From positions 3,778 to 67,777 of the forward strand of contig JBDGUI010000014.1 in assembly GCA_042216015.1 (NCBI GenBank): a stretch of DNA of 64,000 bases, given 5' to 3'. Shown piece by piece: positions 29,699-39,793 of the stretch (positions are counted from its first letter, which is position 1; every line of letters begins with the position of its first letter). A program made the translations under genes and the position numbers. This DNA is from Halodesulfurarchaeum sp. Its GTDB lineage: Archaea; Halobacteriota; Halobacteria; Halobacteriales; Halobacteriaceae. Under the pieces are notes generated by a model. It had not been told where the DNA came from and ran no database searches. It was given only the letters and a program-made list of their open reading frames with translations.

Positions 29699-30402
29699 GG
29701 CGAATCAGCCCAGTTGTACCGCATGACGAGGGTCTCCTCGTCGATATCCTCGGCGAGTGACTCCACGACCTCGTCGCGTTCGAGGTCGCCGAACTCCTCC
29801 AGTTCGTAGGGCTTCACCGTCACCGGCGAGGATTCGCCGTTCGCGATGCGCTCCTGGAGTTTCACGATTCCATAGACCAGCGCCTCGGGTCGGGGTGGGC
29901 ATCCGGGGACGTGAATGTCCACGGGGATGACCTCTTCGGCCCCCTTCACGACGTTGTAGCCCTCCTGGAACGGGCCACCAGATGCCGAACAGTTGCCCAT
30001 GTTCACGACGAACTTGGGTTCGGGCATCTGGTCGTAGACCCGCTTCATCCGCGGGGCGAACTTCGAGACGATCGTCCCCGGGACGATCATCACGTCGGCC
30101 TGCCGCGGCGACGCCCGCGGCACGCCGGCGTGGAAGCGGTCGAGGTCGTGTTTCACCGAGTAGGTGTGCATCATCTCGATGCTGCAGCAGGCGATCCCGA
30201 ACTGCAGCATGAACATCGAGGAGCCCCGCGCCCAGTTCATGAACTTATCGAGCTTCGTGAGGATGAAGGGCGTCGACCCGAGTGCCTCGCGAAGCCTGGA
30301 GTTGAAACGGTCGTCCACAGCCTCCCCGATCCGCGAATCCCGAGTGTCCGTGGACGGAGCGGTCGGCTCGAGAATGTCCTCACGTGGTCGATCGCTACTC
30401 AT
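29695..30402 (-). CDS. nuoB: NuoB (N2 cluster subunit)
   Basis: ACCSIEM, SPRQAD, PGCPPRPE. Confidence 0.95.
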   Translation of the reverse strand: MSSDRPREDILEPTAPSTDTRDSRIGEAVDDRFNSRLREALGSTPFILTKLDKFMNWARGSSMFMLQFGIACCSIEMMHTYSVKHDLDRFHAGVPRASPRQADVMIVPGTIVSKFAPRMKRVYDQMPEPKFVVNMGNCSASGGPFQEGYNVVKGAEEVIPVDIHVPGCPPRPEALVYGIVKLQERIANGESSPVTVKPYELEEFGDLERDEVVESLAEDIDEETLVMRYNWADSP

Positions 30403-30802
30403 GTCTCGACATCCTCCGTTCGTACTTCGGGTTCCGCACCCAGCCGAGTGCGCCGTTTCTCCACGCCCAGGCGAGGGCCACGAGCAGAATACCGATGAAC
30501 AGGACCATCGGTCCGAGTGCCCATACCAGCCCCTCCGTGCCGACGACATCCCGGTAGATGGAAGCCCACGGGAATATCAACACGGTCTCGATGTCGAAGA
30601 CGAGGAACAACAGCGCGACCATGTAGTACTGGATGTTGAACCGAACGTGAGTATTGCCGGTCGGTACCTCCCCACTTTCGTAGGTCGTCCGTTTGCTTTG
30701 TTCCGGCACGCTGGGCCGCAGTAGCATCGAGATGCCCATCATTGCCGCGATGATGAGAATCGCGACAACGGCCAACATACCGACAGCGATCCATGGGTTC
30801 AT
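30395..30802 (-). CDS. nuoA: NuoA
   Basis: YESG, YYMVALLFLVFDIE. Confidence 0.93.
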   Translation of the reverse strand: MNPWIAVGMLAVVAILIIAAMMGISMLLRPSVPEQSKRTTYESGEVPTGNTHVRFNIQYYMVALLFLVFDIETVLIFPWASIYRDVVGTEGLVWALGPMVLFIGILLVALAWAWRNGALGWVRNPKYERRMSRHE

Positions 30803-31226
30803 AAGTGGATTCGTAACACTCGGGGCTTCGATTTGCCCCACCATAAACGTTGATTCTTGCGATAGTTCGCGTGAGACCCGTATTCTTGGGTGAATCAGCG
30901 ATTACCACACGCCGGAGATTCACACACAATTGTAAAGTGCTACCAATCAACAATATCCCCCGAATCTGCCGTTATAGAAGCGCAGAAATGGGAAAACCGC
31001 CATAGCGAAATGGGTGCTCGGGACGATCCACTCGGTCCACTCTACCGGCCGAAATGAGAACACGAGTAGAGGGGACTACCCCAGCCAATCTACTGCCGGC
31101 TCGTGGATTCTTCACGTCCCTCCCTGTAACATCCCCGTTTCTTTCCGCCGCGTACTGGCTTCACACGTTCTCGCGGAACGTGAGAAAAACCATCAATGCC
31201 TTTGTACTCGAATGGGGAGGTCCAAT

Positions 31227-33032
31227 ATGGGTTTGAAGCCGTCCGGTTTCGACGGCGTGACCGATTTCTTTAGTTCCGATCCGGACGTGACCTTCTTCCA
31301 CCCGCCCAGCATCTACGATTTCCGGGACCGAACGGAGGTCATCGGACCGATCAGCGACGTCATCCCATCCTCGCCGGTCTTCGAAATGTACCCGATCGGG
31401 TTGACGTCGATCGCGGACACGCTCGAACGAAACGGGTACAACGCCCAGATCGTCAACCTCGCCCACGAGATGCTGGTGGATCCGGAGTTCGACGCTGAGG
31501 CCGAAATCGCCAGATCGAACGCCTGGGCATTCGGGGTTGATCTCCACTGGTTGCCCCACGCTCACGGCGCCATCGAAATCGCTCGCCTGATCAAACGCCA
31601 TCACCCGGAGGCGCCGGTCTTCTTCGGCGGACTCAGTTCGACGTACTTCCACGAGGACCTGATCCAGTACGACGCGGTGGATTACGTCGTTCGGGGCGAT
31701 TCGACCGAGAAACCGGTCGCGGACCTGATCGAGGTCCTGGAGAGGGACGGCGACCTCTCGACGGTGCCGAATTTGACGTACGTGGAGGATGGCGAAACGG
31801 TCGTCAACACGCTCTCCAACCTTCCGGATGCCCTGGACGACGCTTCCATTCCCTCCTACACTTACGCGGTCAAGTCGGTGTTCAAGTACGGGAGCATCCG
31901 AAAGGTGATTCCACACAAAGGCTGGCTGGACAAACCGATCACGATGCTCCTGACGTCCCGAGGGTGTCGACACGCCTGTTCCTTTTGCGGCGGCAGTGAT
32001 TCCAACGCGGCCGTCCATGGCCGACAGGGACCCGCCTTTCGGTCACCGGTGAAGTTGATCGAGGACATCAGGGCGATCCGCACCTTCTCGGAAGGCCCGA
32101 TTTTCGTCGTCCACGACCTTCGCCAGGGCGGGTGGGACTACGCCAGGGACTTTTTCGACCGGTTGGCTGCAGAGGACGTTCCAAACGAATTCATCTTCGA
32201 ACTGTTCGGTCCGGCGAGCGAGGAGTACTTCGAAATGATCGACAACGCCGTCTCGAGGTACAACCTGGAGTTGAGTCCCGAGTCCCACAACCCCGAGGTC
32301 AGAGAGAAGATGGGCAAATTTGCCGTGTCGAACGAGGCCATCGAGAAGACGATGCGCGCGGCCCTGGACAACGGCTGCCAGAACATCGATCTCTTCTACA
32401 TGGTCGGCCTCCCGGGACAGACCTACGAGGACGCCGTTGGAACCGTCGAATACGCCAGACACCTCCTCGAAGATATCGACGACGACCGCATCATCCCCTT
32501 TGTCGCCCCGTATGCTCCCTTCCTCGATCCGGGAAGCCCCGCCTTCGAGAACCCGGCAGAGTACGGCTTCACACTTCACGCCGAGGGGCTCGAGGAGCAC
32601 CGCCAGCTTCTCCTCGAACCGAGCTGGAAGCGAATGTTGAGTTACGAGACCGACCACCTCTCGCGGGACGATATCGCCGAGGCCACCTACGAGGCCGCCC
32701 GGGGGATGAGCGAGTTGAAGTACGAACACGGGCTGCTCGACGAGGCAACCTACCGAACGATGATCGACCGACTTGACACCTCACAGGAGCTCCTCGAGCG
32801 GGTGGACGAGGTCTATGAGACGACCGAAGAAGCCGAGCGGGAGCGGGCACTCGAGGCCCTCTTCGAGGAGTACAGCGAATTCGACGATTTCGGGGAGAAC
32901 AGTATCGCCGGCGAAGACGAGCTCTGGTGGCCGAGCGATGGGTTCCGTGGCGGTCTGGCTCTGGCCCGACTCGGTGCGAAACTCCTGCTCGAGGACGTCA
33001 AACGGCGCTATACGACACGCCGATCGGCCTGA
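31227..33032 (+). CDS. B12-binding domain radical SAM protein (resembles TIGR04190/Ta0216 family)
   Basis: HPPSIYDFR...FEMYPIG, DLHWLPHAHG cobalamin-binding region, GGLS, RGD, CRHACSFC motif, LSPES, GLPGQ; alternative ATG at 31212. Confidence 0.85.
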   Translation: MGLKPSGFDGVTDFFSSDPDVTFFHPPSIYDFRDRTEVIGPISDVIPSSPVFEMYPIGLTSIADTLERNGYNAQIVNLAHEMLVDPEFDAEAEIARSNAWAFGVDLHWLPHAHGAIEIARLIKRHHPEAPVFFGGLSSTYFHEDLIQYDAVDYVVRGDSTEKPVADLIEVLERDGDLSTVPNLTYVEDGETVVNTLSNLPDALDDASIPSYTYAVKSVFKYGSIRKVIPHKGWLDKPITMLLTSRGCRHACSFCGGSDSNAAVHGRQGPAFRSPVKLIEDIRAIRTFSEGPIFVVHDLRQGGWDYARDFFDRLAAEDVPNEFIFELFGPASEEYFEMIDNAVSRYNLELSPESHNPEVREKMGKFAVSNEAIEKTMRAALDNGCQNIDLFYMVGLPGQTYEDAVGTVEYARHLLEDIDDDRIIPFVAPYAPFLDPGSPAFENPAEYGFTLHAEGLEEHRQLLLEPSWKRMLSYETDHLSRDDIAEATYEAARGMSELKYEHGLLDEATYRTMIDRLDTSQELLERVDEVYETTEEAERERALEALFEEYSEFDDFGENSIAGEDELWWPSDGFRGGLALARLGAKLLLEDVKRRYTTRRSA

Positions 33033-33076
33033 CCCGCAGTTGTTACCGGCGGGGCAGAATGTCCGTCGTTGCCTGG

Positions 33077-33688
33077 TCAGTTCGAATCCCTGAACGCCTG
33101 AGTCCCCCGCTCGTGAAGCGAGCGCGAGACGGCTGCCACCTCCCTGGCCTGGTCCTCGTGCCGTTCGACGAGGCGGTCCCGGAGGGTATCGTCGGTCCTC
33201 GCGAGAATCTGGACAGCAGAGAGTGCCGCATTGGACGATTTGCCCGCATCGACGGCCGTGATCGGGGCCCCGGTTGGCATCCCGATCACCGAATCGACTG
33301 ACTTCTCCCGGACAGGAATCCCGATCACCGGGACCGGATACGCGATGGAGGCCGTCATGTTCGGCAGATCGGCGGATTTCCCGCCGGCTCCGGCCAGGAT
33401 GACGTCGAGACCGCGTGCCTCTGCGGTCTCCCCGTACGCGTACATGAGGTCCGGCGTGCGGTGGGCCGAGACCACCCAGGACTCGTAGGTGTATTCCGCC
33501 GCTGGAGGGTCGTCGTACTCGGTGAGTTCCTCGAATCCGAGCGCTTCCAGGGTCTTCGAGGCTCCGGCCATGACGTCCAGATCCGAATCGCTTCCCATAA
33601 TGATTCCCACGTCCGGTCGATCCGCGGCCGGTCGATCGAGTGCTGCCTCCCGCTCGAACAACTCGCGGAGTTCGGCGACGCTCGTCAT
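33077..33688 (-). CDS. purE: N5-CAIR mutase
   Basis: IMGSDSD, VVSAHRTP, AGAG, PVIGIP. Confidence 0.95.
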   Translation of the reverse strand: MTSVAELRELFEREAALDRPAADRPDVGIIMGSDSDLDVMAGASKTLEALGFEELTEYDDPPAAEYTYESWVVSAHRTPDLMYAYGETAEARGLDVILAGAGGKSADLPNMTASIAYPVPVIGIPVREKSVDSVIGMPTGAPITAVDAGKSSNAALSAVQILARTDDTLRDRLVERHEDQAREVAAVSRSLHERGTQAFRDSN

Positions 33689-33691
33689 GAC

Positions 33692-34846
33692 TCAGTCATC
33701 CCCGCCCGCGAACCTGAGTGTTTCCCTCGCCTTCCGTGCCTGGCGGCGGTTCGACGCCAGATCGGGGCCCGTAACGGTCACGTGACCGAGTTTTCGAAGC
33801 GGGCGGACCTCTCGCTTGCCGTACCAGTGAAGATGTGCACCCTCAAGGTCCAGCATCGACTCTACGCCGGACATCGAGACCGGGCGTGACTTCTGCCCGT
33901 CCCCGAGAACGTTGGCCATCGCCGTCGGTTCACGGAGTTCGGTCGAGCCGAGAGGCAGTCCGAGCACTGCCCTTACGTGTTGTTCGAACTGCGAGGTCAC
34001 GGTTCCCTCGATCGTGTAATGGCCCGAGTTGTGAGGTCTCGGCGCGATTTCGTTGACGAGGATCGTTCCATCCGTGGCCTCGAAGAGTTCGATGCCGAAG
34101 ACCCCGCGCCCCTCGAGGGTCGAGAGCACCGAGCGGGCGATGTCGGTCGCTCGGTCGATTCGGTCCTGGTCGGTGCGGGCCGGAACCAGCGTCTCCCGCA
34201 GTATCTCCGCCTCGTGAACGTTCTCGCCGACGGGATACGTTCGCCGTTCGTTCACACCCCGGACACCGATGGCGCTGAGTTCCCGCTCGAAGTCGACCAG
34301 TTCCTCGGCGATCAGCCCCGAGAGCGATCCGAAATACGCGGTGGCCTCCTCGACGGATTCGACCACAGCATTTCCACGGCCGTCGTATCCGCCGCGACGG
34401 GCCTTGAGCATCAGCGGCGATCCCAGCTCGTCGAGGGCAACACGCAAATCCGATTCGTCTCCGACACCCGCGTAAGCCGGAATCGGAATGTCGGCCGCGT
34501 CGAGGGTCTCCTTTTCCACGAGTTTGTCCCGGGTCATCCGAAGGTCGTCCGGAGCCGGCTGAACGGGCGTCCCCGTCGCCTCGGTGACCGATTCCAGCGC
34601 ATCCGGATCGGCGAGTTCGATTTCGAGGGTGAGAACGTCGACGCGCTCGGCGAGCGATTTGACCGCCGCGAGATCGTCGAAATCGGCGACGAGCTGATCG
34701 CGCGCCGGGGGGTAGGCCGGACAATCCGGCGTGGGGTCGAGGACCACCGTCCCGACGCCGAGTGGACTGGCGGCCTCACCCAGCATCCGGCCGAGTTGGC
34801 CCCCACCCACAATTCCGAGGGTGATGTCAGGTGGCACGTGGTTCAT
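33692..34846 (-). CDS. purK: N5-CAIR synthetase
   Basis: GGGQLGRM, GYDGRG, NEIAPRPHNSGH, WYGK, RKLGH. Confidence 0.95.
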   Translation of the reverse strand: MNHVPPDITLGIVGGGQLGRMLGEAASPLGVGTVVLDPTPDCPAYPPARDQLVADFDDLAAVKSLAERVDVLTLEIELADPDALESVTEATGTPVQPAPDDLRMTRDKLVEKETLDAADIPIPAYAGVGDESDLRVALDELGSPLMLKARRGGYDGRGNAVVESVEEATAYFGSLSGLIAEELVDFERELSAIGVRGVNERRTYPVGENVHEAEILRETLVPARTDQDRIDRATDIARSVLSTLEGRGVFGIELFEATDGTILVNEIAPRPHNSGHYTIEGTVTSQFEQHVRAVLGLPLGSTELREPTAMANVLGDGQKSRPVSMSGVESMLDLEGAHLHWYGKREVRPLRKLGHVTVTGPDLASNRRQARKARETLRFAGGDD

Positions 34847-34903
34847 TTGCGCGGCAGTTATCGACGGGGATGGATAAACGTTGTCGAGCCACCGGGAAGG
34901 TAT

Positions 34904-36553
34904 TCACGATCGTGGATCGGTCTCGTTCTCGATGAAGAAGACCGTCTCGGTCCCCGGGGCCGTGAGTTCGTAGGTTAAGGCCTCGTATCCCGGGAATCGA
35001 TTCGCGAGCTCGCTGTAGTGCTCGACCCGGGCGATCACGACCGGCGGCCTGCCGGTGATTCCCCCCGGAGTCGTGGCACTGGCCGTCCTCGCGTCGGCCC
35101 GTTCGAGATACCAGGAGAGTGGAAGGCGATTGAGCCAGTTCGAACTCGCCGGTGGCCGATCGGCGACGGATTCCTCGGGAACAGCGAAGTGATCGCCGTA
35201 AAAGACGACGTCGGTTCCCTCGTTCGTCCCGGCGACCGATTCGATCTCCTGGAGGGTCTCCTGAAGGTGTCCCGCCGGCTGGCCGTACTGGACGAGCGGA
35301 TTGTCCTCGGACTGTGGCGACTGGAAGGAGGTCGCTGCGACCGTGACACCCACCTGGGCCGTGACGGCTAGAATTGCGAGCGTCGCGATGGCAACGCCCA
35401 CGCGGTCCTCGTGTTCCCACGCTCGATAGCCCCGTTCGAGGACGATTCGGAACCCGACCGCGGCGGGAATCGAGAGCGGAACGAGCGCGTGGACGAGCGA
35501 CCAGGGGGCCGAGATGTCCGTGATCGCCGGGTAGATGAGAAACACCGTCGCCCCCCAGTAGAAACTGAACGAGACGAGATCGCGGGGAGAGTCCCCCGTG
35601 TACCGGTCCACCAGAAACCCGAAGACGGCAAATCCGACGAGCGGGAGACTGACGAACGCCGTCGTTTCCAACGCATCGGTCAGATACGCGATGTAACTGT
35701 GTTCGTGACCACCCTGGATCCAGAGATCGATCAATTTCTCCGCACTCCCGATCGTGGCCGCCTCGAGCACCGACGGAATTCGAGACGGATCGGTCAGCGC
35801 CCGATAGAGATCCGGTCGGGGTGCGTAGAGAGCCACGAGGATCGCGAGAAATTCGATGACGGCCACGAGGAGTGCTCGTCTGTGGGCGTTGAGCCCCCGA
35901 TACGTGCTTGTGACCGCACTGCGGAGCCGGTTCTTCCACGACTCTCCCATCTCGCGGGCGACGAAGAGACGGTGATCGAGCAACAGCAGGAGTGCGCCGC
36001 CCCAGATTGCCACGTACACGAGTGCGATCTCCTTGGTCCCGAAAGCCAGCCCGAGTGCCAGAACCGCACCGTAGAGGTAGCGCTGTCGTCTCGACTCGAG
36101 CATCCTGACCGCAAATCCCAGAACGAGAAGGGCGAACGCTGCCACGGGCACGTCGTTCCGCATGAACCGCGAGTAATAGACCAACACCGGATCGACGGCC
36201 AGTACGACTCCGACGAGGACGACCTCGAGATCCCGGAGTCTCGAGCGGAAGAGCCAGGCGGTTAGGGGAAGCAAGCCACCAACGACCGCGACGAGCGATC
36301 TGGCGAGCGCGTCACTGGCTCCGAACGTATCGAAGAGAAATCTGTTCACGTGGAAGAGTAGCGGCCCGTGAACGATGGGCCGATACTCCCAGACGCCGGT
36401 TTCGAGATAGCGAAGCGTCCAGTAGCCCACCCGGGCCTCGTCCCAGTGGAAGACCCGCCAGCCGAGTGCGGCAAATCGAAGAATCAGCGCGAGGAGGGCG
36501 ACAACGCCGAGGGCCACGAGCACGGTGCGGCGATCGAATCGACGCCGGGACAT
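34904..36553 (-). CDS. GT-C/PMT-like membrane protein (TIGR03663, Agl23-like)
   Basis: FHWDEARV, YRPIVHGP, YYSRFMRND, TKE. Confidence 0.8.
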   Translation of the reverse strand: MSRRRFDRRTVLVALGVVALLALILRFAALGWRVFHWDEARVGYWTLRYLETGVWEYRPIVHGPLLFHVNRFLFDTFGASDALARSLVAVVGGLLPLTAWLFRSRLRDLEVVLVGVVLAVDPVLVYYSRFMRNDVPVAAFALLVLGFAVRMLESRRQRYLYGAVLALGLAFGTKEIALVYVAIWGGALLLLLDHRLFVAREMGESWKNRLRSAVTSTYRGLNAHRRALLVAVIEFLAILVALYAPRPDLYRALTDPSRIPSVLEAATIGSAEKLIDLWIQGGHEHSYIAYLTDALETTAFVSLPLVGFAVFGFLVDRYTGDSPRDLVSFSFYWGATVFLIYPAITDISAPWSLVHALVPLSIPAAVGFRIVLERGYRAWEHEDRVGVAIATLAILAVTAQVGVTVAATSFQSPQSEDNPLVQYGQPAGHLQETLQEIESVAGTNEGTDVVFYGDHFAVPEESVADRPPASSNWLNRLPLSWYLERADARTASATTPGGITGRPPVVIARVEHYSELANRFPGYEALTYELTAPGTETVFFIENETDPRS

Positions 36554-36667
36554 GGCCCCGCTTTCATCGCAGCAGATAAAAAATGAGCGGGTCGGCATTC
36601 ACGTTCCGGGAAGACACAAGAGCCGAAATCGCCGATACACCTACAGGGATTCACCGAGAAGAGGTAC

Positions 36668-36820
36668 ATGATGCGAACCACCATCGAAATCGATACCGAC
36701 CTGTACGAACGGCTCAATGGCCACCTCGAGGAGGGTGAGACCGTCGAAGAGTTCATCGAGGAACTCATCTCGATGTACGAGACCGAAGGGGCGTTCATGC
36801 AGGAAGGGTATTCCGAATAA
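36668..36820 (+). CDS. 50-aa acidic RHH/CopG-like protein (below ORF-track cutoff)
   Basis: MMRTTIEIDTDLYERLNGHLEEGETVEEFIEELISMYETEGAFMQEGYSE*; GAGG upstream; host-like codons. Confidence 0.75.
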   Translation: MMRTTIEIDTDLYERLNGHLEEGETVEEFIEELISMYETEGAFMQEGYSE

Positions 36821-36899
36821 GCGGGGACCGCACTCGAGCGTGGCACACGCCCGCTACTGAGGCGGTACCGTTTTGCCCGAGGGGGTCCGAGACGGCTTC

Positions 36900-37301
36900 A
36901 TGGTGGTTCTTGGGCTCGTCGTCGCGGAATTCAATCGACACATTACAGAACGGATGGAGGCAGCAGCCAGGGAGACGGCCGAGGAGTTGAAAGCCGAAAT
37001 CGGGGACGTCACTCACGTTCCCGGCGCATACGACGCCCCGCTCGCCGCCGATCGACTCGCGCGCCGGGAGGAGATCGATGCCGTCGCAGTGCTGGGGACG
37101 ATCATCACCGGCGATACCGATCACGATCGGGTCATCGCCGACGCGTGCGCGCAGGGATTGACGGACGTCAGCCTCTCCCGGGATACCCCGGTCGCCTTCG
37201 GGGTCACCGGGCCCGGGATGACGGCGGAAGAGGCCCGTGATCGGGTCGAGAAGGGAGCCGAAACAGTCGAAAGCGCCGTTGCCCTCGCGGGAGAGCAATG
37301 A
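36900..37301 (+). CDS. ribH: 6,7-dimethyl-8-ribityllumazine synthase
   Basis: VAEFN, VPGAYDAP, GDTDHD, PVAFGV. Confidence 0.95.
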   Translation: MVVLGLVVAEFNRHITERMEAAARETAEELKAEIGDVTHVPGAYDAPLAADRLARREEIDAVAVLGTIITGDTDHDRVIADACAQGLTDVSLSRDTPVAFGVTGPGMTAEEARDRVEKGAETVESAVALAGEQ

Positions 37302-38443
37302 ACTATACAGACCGGGTCACCCGCGTCGAACCGAGTGCGACCCTCGCAGTAAGCAACCTCGCCTCCCAACTCGAGGCCAATGGAGTGGACATCATCGACC
37401 TCTCGGTTGGCGAACCCGACTTCGACACCCCGGCACACGTCAAGTCTGCCGGTCAGGAGGCAATCGCCAGGGGTGAGACGAAGTATGCACCCTCGGCAGG
37501 AATCCCGGCCCTTCGAACGGAAATCGCCGCCTCCCTCCAGTCCGACGGGCTCCCCTATGGTGCGGAGAACGTGATGGTGACACCGGGGGCGAAACAGGCC
37601 CTCTTCGAGATCGTCCAGACGCTCGTCGAGGGCGGCGATGAGGTCGCGCTGCTCGATCCGGCCTGGGTATCCTACTCGGCAATGGCGAAGCTCGCCGGGG
37701 CGAAACTCAACCGGATCGATCTCAGTCGGACTACCTTCAGGCTCGAACCGGCACTCGACGCTCTCGGAGAGGCACTCTCCGAGGAAACCGAACTCCTCAT
37801 CGTCAATTCGCCCAGCAATCCGAGTGGAGCCGTGTACAGCCGGGCCGCGATGGAGGGGGTTCGCGATCTCGCCGTCGAACACGACATCACCGTCGTCGCA
37901 GACGAGATCTACCGGGAGATCCAGTACGCGGGCGAGACGGTGAGCCTGGCGACCCTCGAGGGCATGGAGAATCGGACGGTCACGGTGAACGGCTTCTCGA
38001 AGGCGTATGCCATGACCGGCTGGCGGCTCGGATACTTCGCCGCGCCGACCGGGCTCATCGACCAGGCCGGAAAGATCCAGTCCCACTCGGTCTCCTCGGC
38101 GGCCACGTTCGTCCAGCACGCCGGACTGGCGGCGCTCCAGGGGCCGTCAGAGCCGACGGAACAGATGGCCGCAGCCTTCGAGGACCGTCGCGACTTGCTC
38201 CTCGAGAAAATCGGCGAGTATGAAATCGACGTCCCCACGCCCCAGGGAGCGTTCTACCTGATGCTCCCAGTGGACGCAGACGACGAGGAGTGGTGTACGA
38301 CGGCACTCGAGCAGGCACACGTGGCGACCGTCCCGGGAAGTGCGTTCGGAACGCCGGGTTATGCCCGACTCTCGTACGCGGCCGATGTCGAACGGATCGA
38401 AACGGCGATCGACAGACTCGGCGAGGCGGGCTTTTTGGACTGA
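37298..38443 (+). CDS. aspC: aspartate aminotransferase class I, paralog 2
   Basis: GEPDF, NSPSNPSG, DEIY, SKAYAMTGWRLG; ATGA overlap with ribH. Confidence 0.9.
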   Translation: MNYTDRVTRVEPSATLAVSNLASQLEANGVDIIDLSVGEPDFDTPAHVKSAGQEAIARGETKYAPSAGIPALRTEIAASLQSDGLPYGAENVMVTPGAKQALFEIVQTLVEGGDEVALLDPAWVSYSAMAKLAGAKLNRIDLSRTTFRLEPALDALGEALSEETELLIVNSPSNPSGAVYSRAAMEGVRDLAVEHDITVVADEIYREIQYAGETVSLATLEGMENRTVTVNGFSKAYAMTGWRLGYFAAPTGLIDQAGKIQSHSVSSAATFVQHAGLAALQGPSEPTEQMAAAFEDRRDLLLEKIGEYEIDVPTPQGAFYLMLPVDADDEEWCTTALEQAHVATVPGSAFGTPGYARLSYAADVERIETAIDRLGEAGFLD

Positions 38444-38458
38444 CCGATCCGGGGACCA

Positions 38459-39706
38459 CTACGGCCAGATCCCCCGCTCGTCGGCCGCCTCTCGCACGCG
38501 TTCGATGGCCACGAGAAAGGCCGCCGTCCGGAGATCCTCGACCGGTCTGTTCGATTTCGTCGCCACGATCCGCTCGAAGGCCTCCTCGATGCGCGTCTCG
38601 AGTTCCTCGTTGACCGCCGACTCCTCCCAGTAGTGGCGCTGTCGATTCTGGACCCACTCGAGATAGGAGGCGATCACGCCACCAGCGTTCGCCAGAATAT
38701 CGGGGACGATCGTCACCTCTCCCCGAAGGCGCTGGTCAGCACCGTCGGTCAGCGGCCCGTTCGCCCCCTCCACGATTACGTCAGCTCGCACCTCGGGGGC
38801 CAGATCGACGTCGATCGCTCCCTCGAGGGCTGCCGGTATCAGGACGTCCACGTCGAGGGTGAGCAAGTCCTCGTTCGAGATCTGCGCTCCCGTCCCGAAC
38901 GCGTCGAGCGAGTTGCTCTCGCGTTTGTACGTGACCAGGCGTTCGACGTCGAAACCCGACTCGAGCGTGATTCCACCCGACGAATCGCTCACCGCCACGA
39001 TTCGGGCACCGCGTTCCTCGAGTAGCCTGGCGGCGTTTCGTCCCACGTTTCCGAACCCCTGAACGGCGACAGTCGTGCCCTCCAGCTCTTCGCCGAGATG
39101 ATCCAGGATCAACGACGTCGAGAGAGCGACCGACCGGCCGGTCGCCTGGACTCGGCCGGCCGTGCCTCCACTCTCGATCGCCTTTCCCGTGACAACGCCC
39201 GGTTCGGTGGTTCTTTCGAGGGTCTCGTAGGTGTCCTTGATCCAGTTCATCTCGCGCTGGCCCGTGTTGACATCTGGAGCGGCGATGTCTCGATCCGCGC
39301 CGATCACCGGGCGGAGTTCCGTGGCGTATGCCCGCGTGATCCGCTCGAGTTCCGCCACCGAATGCGCACGGGGATCCAGCGAGACACCACCCTTTCCACC
39401 CCCCAGCGGCAGGCCGACGAGGGCTGTCTTGAACGTCATCCACCCCGAAAGAGCGACGATCTCTTCCCTCGAAACGGTGGGGTGATACCGAATTCCGCCC
39501 TTGTACGGCCCCCGTGAATCGTCGAACTGCGAGCGATAGGCCGAAAACGTCTCGATCCGTCCATCGTCGAGTTGGACCTCGAGCGTCGCCTCGAGGATCC
39601 GATCCGGTGCCGAAAGTGCATCGAGTTCGCCCGCGTCCAGATCGAGGGATTCCGCGGCACGCGACAGCTGGGCCCTGAGGCTCTCGAGTGGGGTCGCCAT
39701 TGCCAT
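38459..39706 (-). CDS. gdhA: glutamate dehydrogenase
   Basis: GPYKGGIRY, GGGKGG, APDVNT, QGFGNVG, EGANGP, ANAGGV. Confidence 0.93.
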   Translation of the reverse strand: MAMATPLESLRAQLSRAAESLDLDAGELDALSAPDRILEATLEVQLDDGRIETFSAYRSQFDDSRGPYKGGIRYHPTVSREEIVALSGWMTFKTALVGLPLGGGKGGVSLDPRAHSVAELERITRAYATELRPVIGADRDIAAPDVNTGQREMNWIKDTYETLERTTEPGVVTGKAIESGGTAGRVQATGRSVALSTSLILDHLGEELEGTTVAVQGFGNVGRNAARLLEERGARIVAVSDSSGGITLESGFDVERLVTYKRESNSLDAFGTGAQISNEDLLTLDVDVLIPAALEGAIDVDLAPEVRADVIVEGANGPLTDGADQRLRGEVTIVPDILANAGGVIASYLEWVQNRQRHYWEESAVNEELETRIEEAFERIVATKSNRPVEDLRTAAFLVAIERVREAADERGIWP

Positions 39707-39793
39707 ACGTCTTCCATCCACGGCGGTGGAATAAGCGTGTTGCCGGCCGGGAAGAACAGCACCGATTTATTCGATCGGGTTCGAGACTGCGGT

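Noticed and set aside
15670-29809. Very long antisense ORFs (687, 662, 559 and 416 aa; also 59710..61410)
   Set aside because: They mirror well-supported genes on the other strand; high GC3 suppresses antisense stops; no motifs
20491-30802. Complex I lacking nuoEFG, with split nuoJ and fused nuoCD
   Set aside because: This is the normal haloarchaeal arrangement
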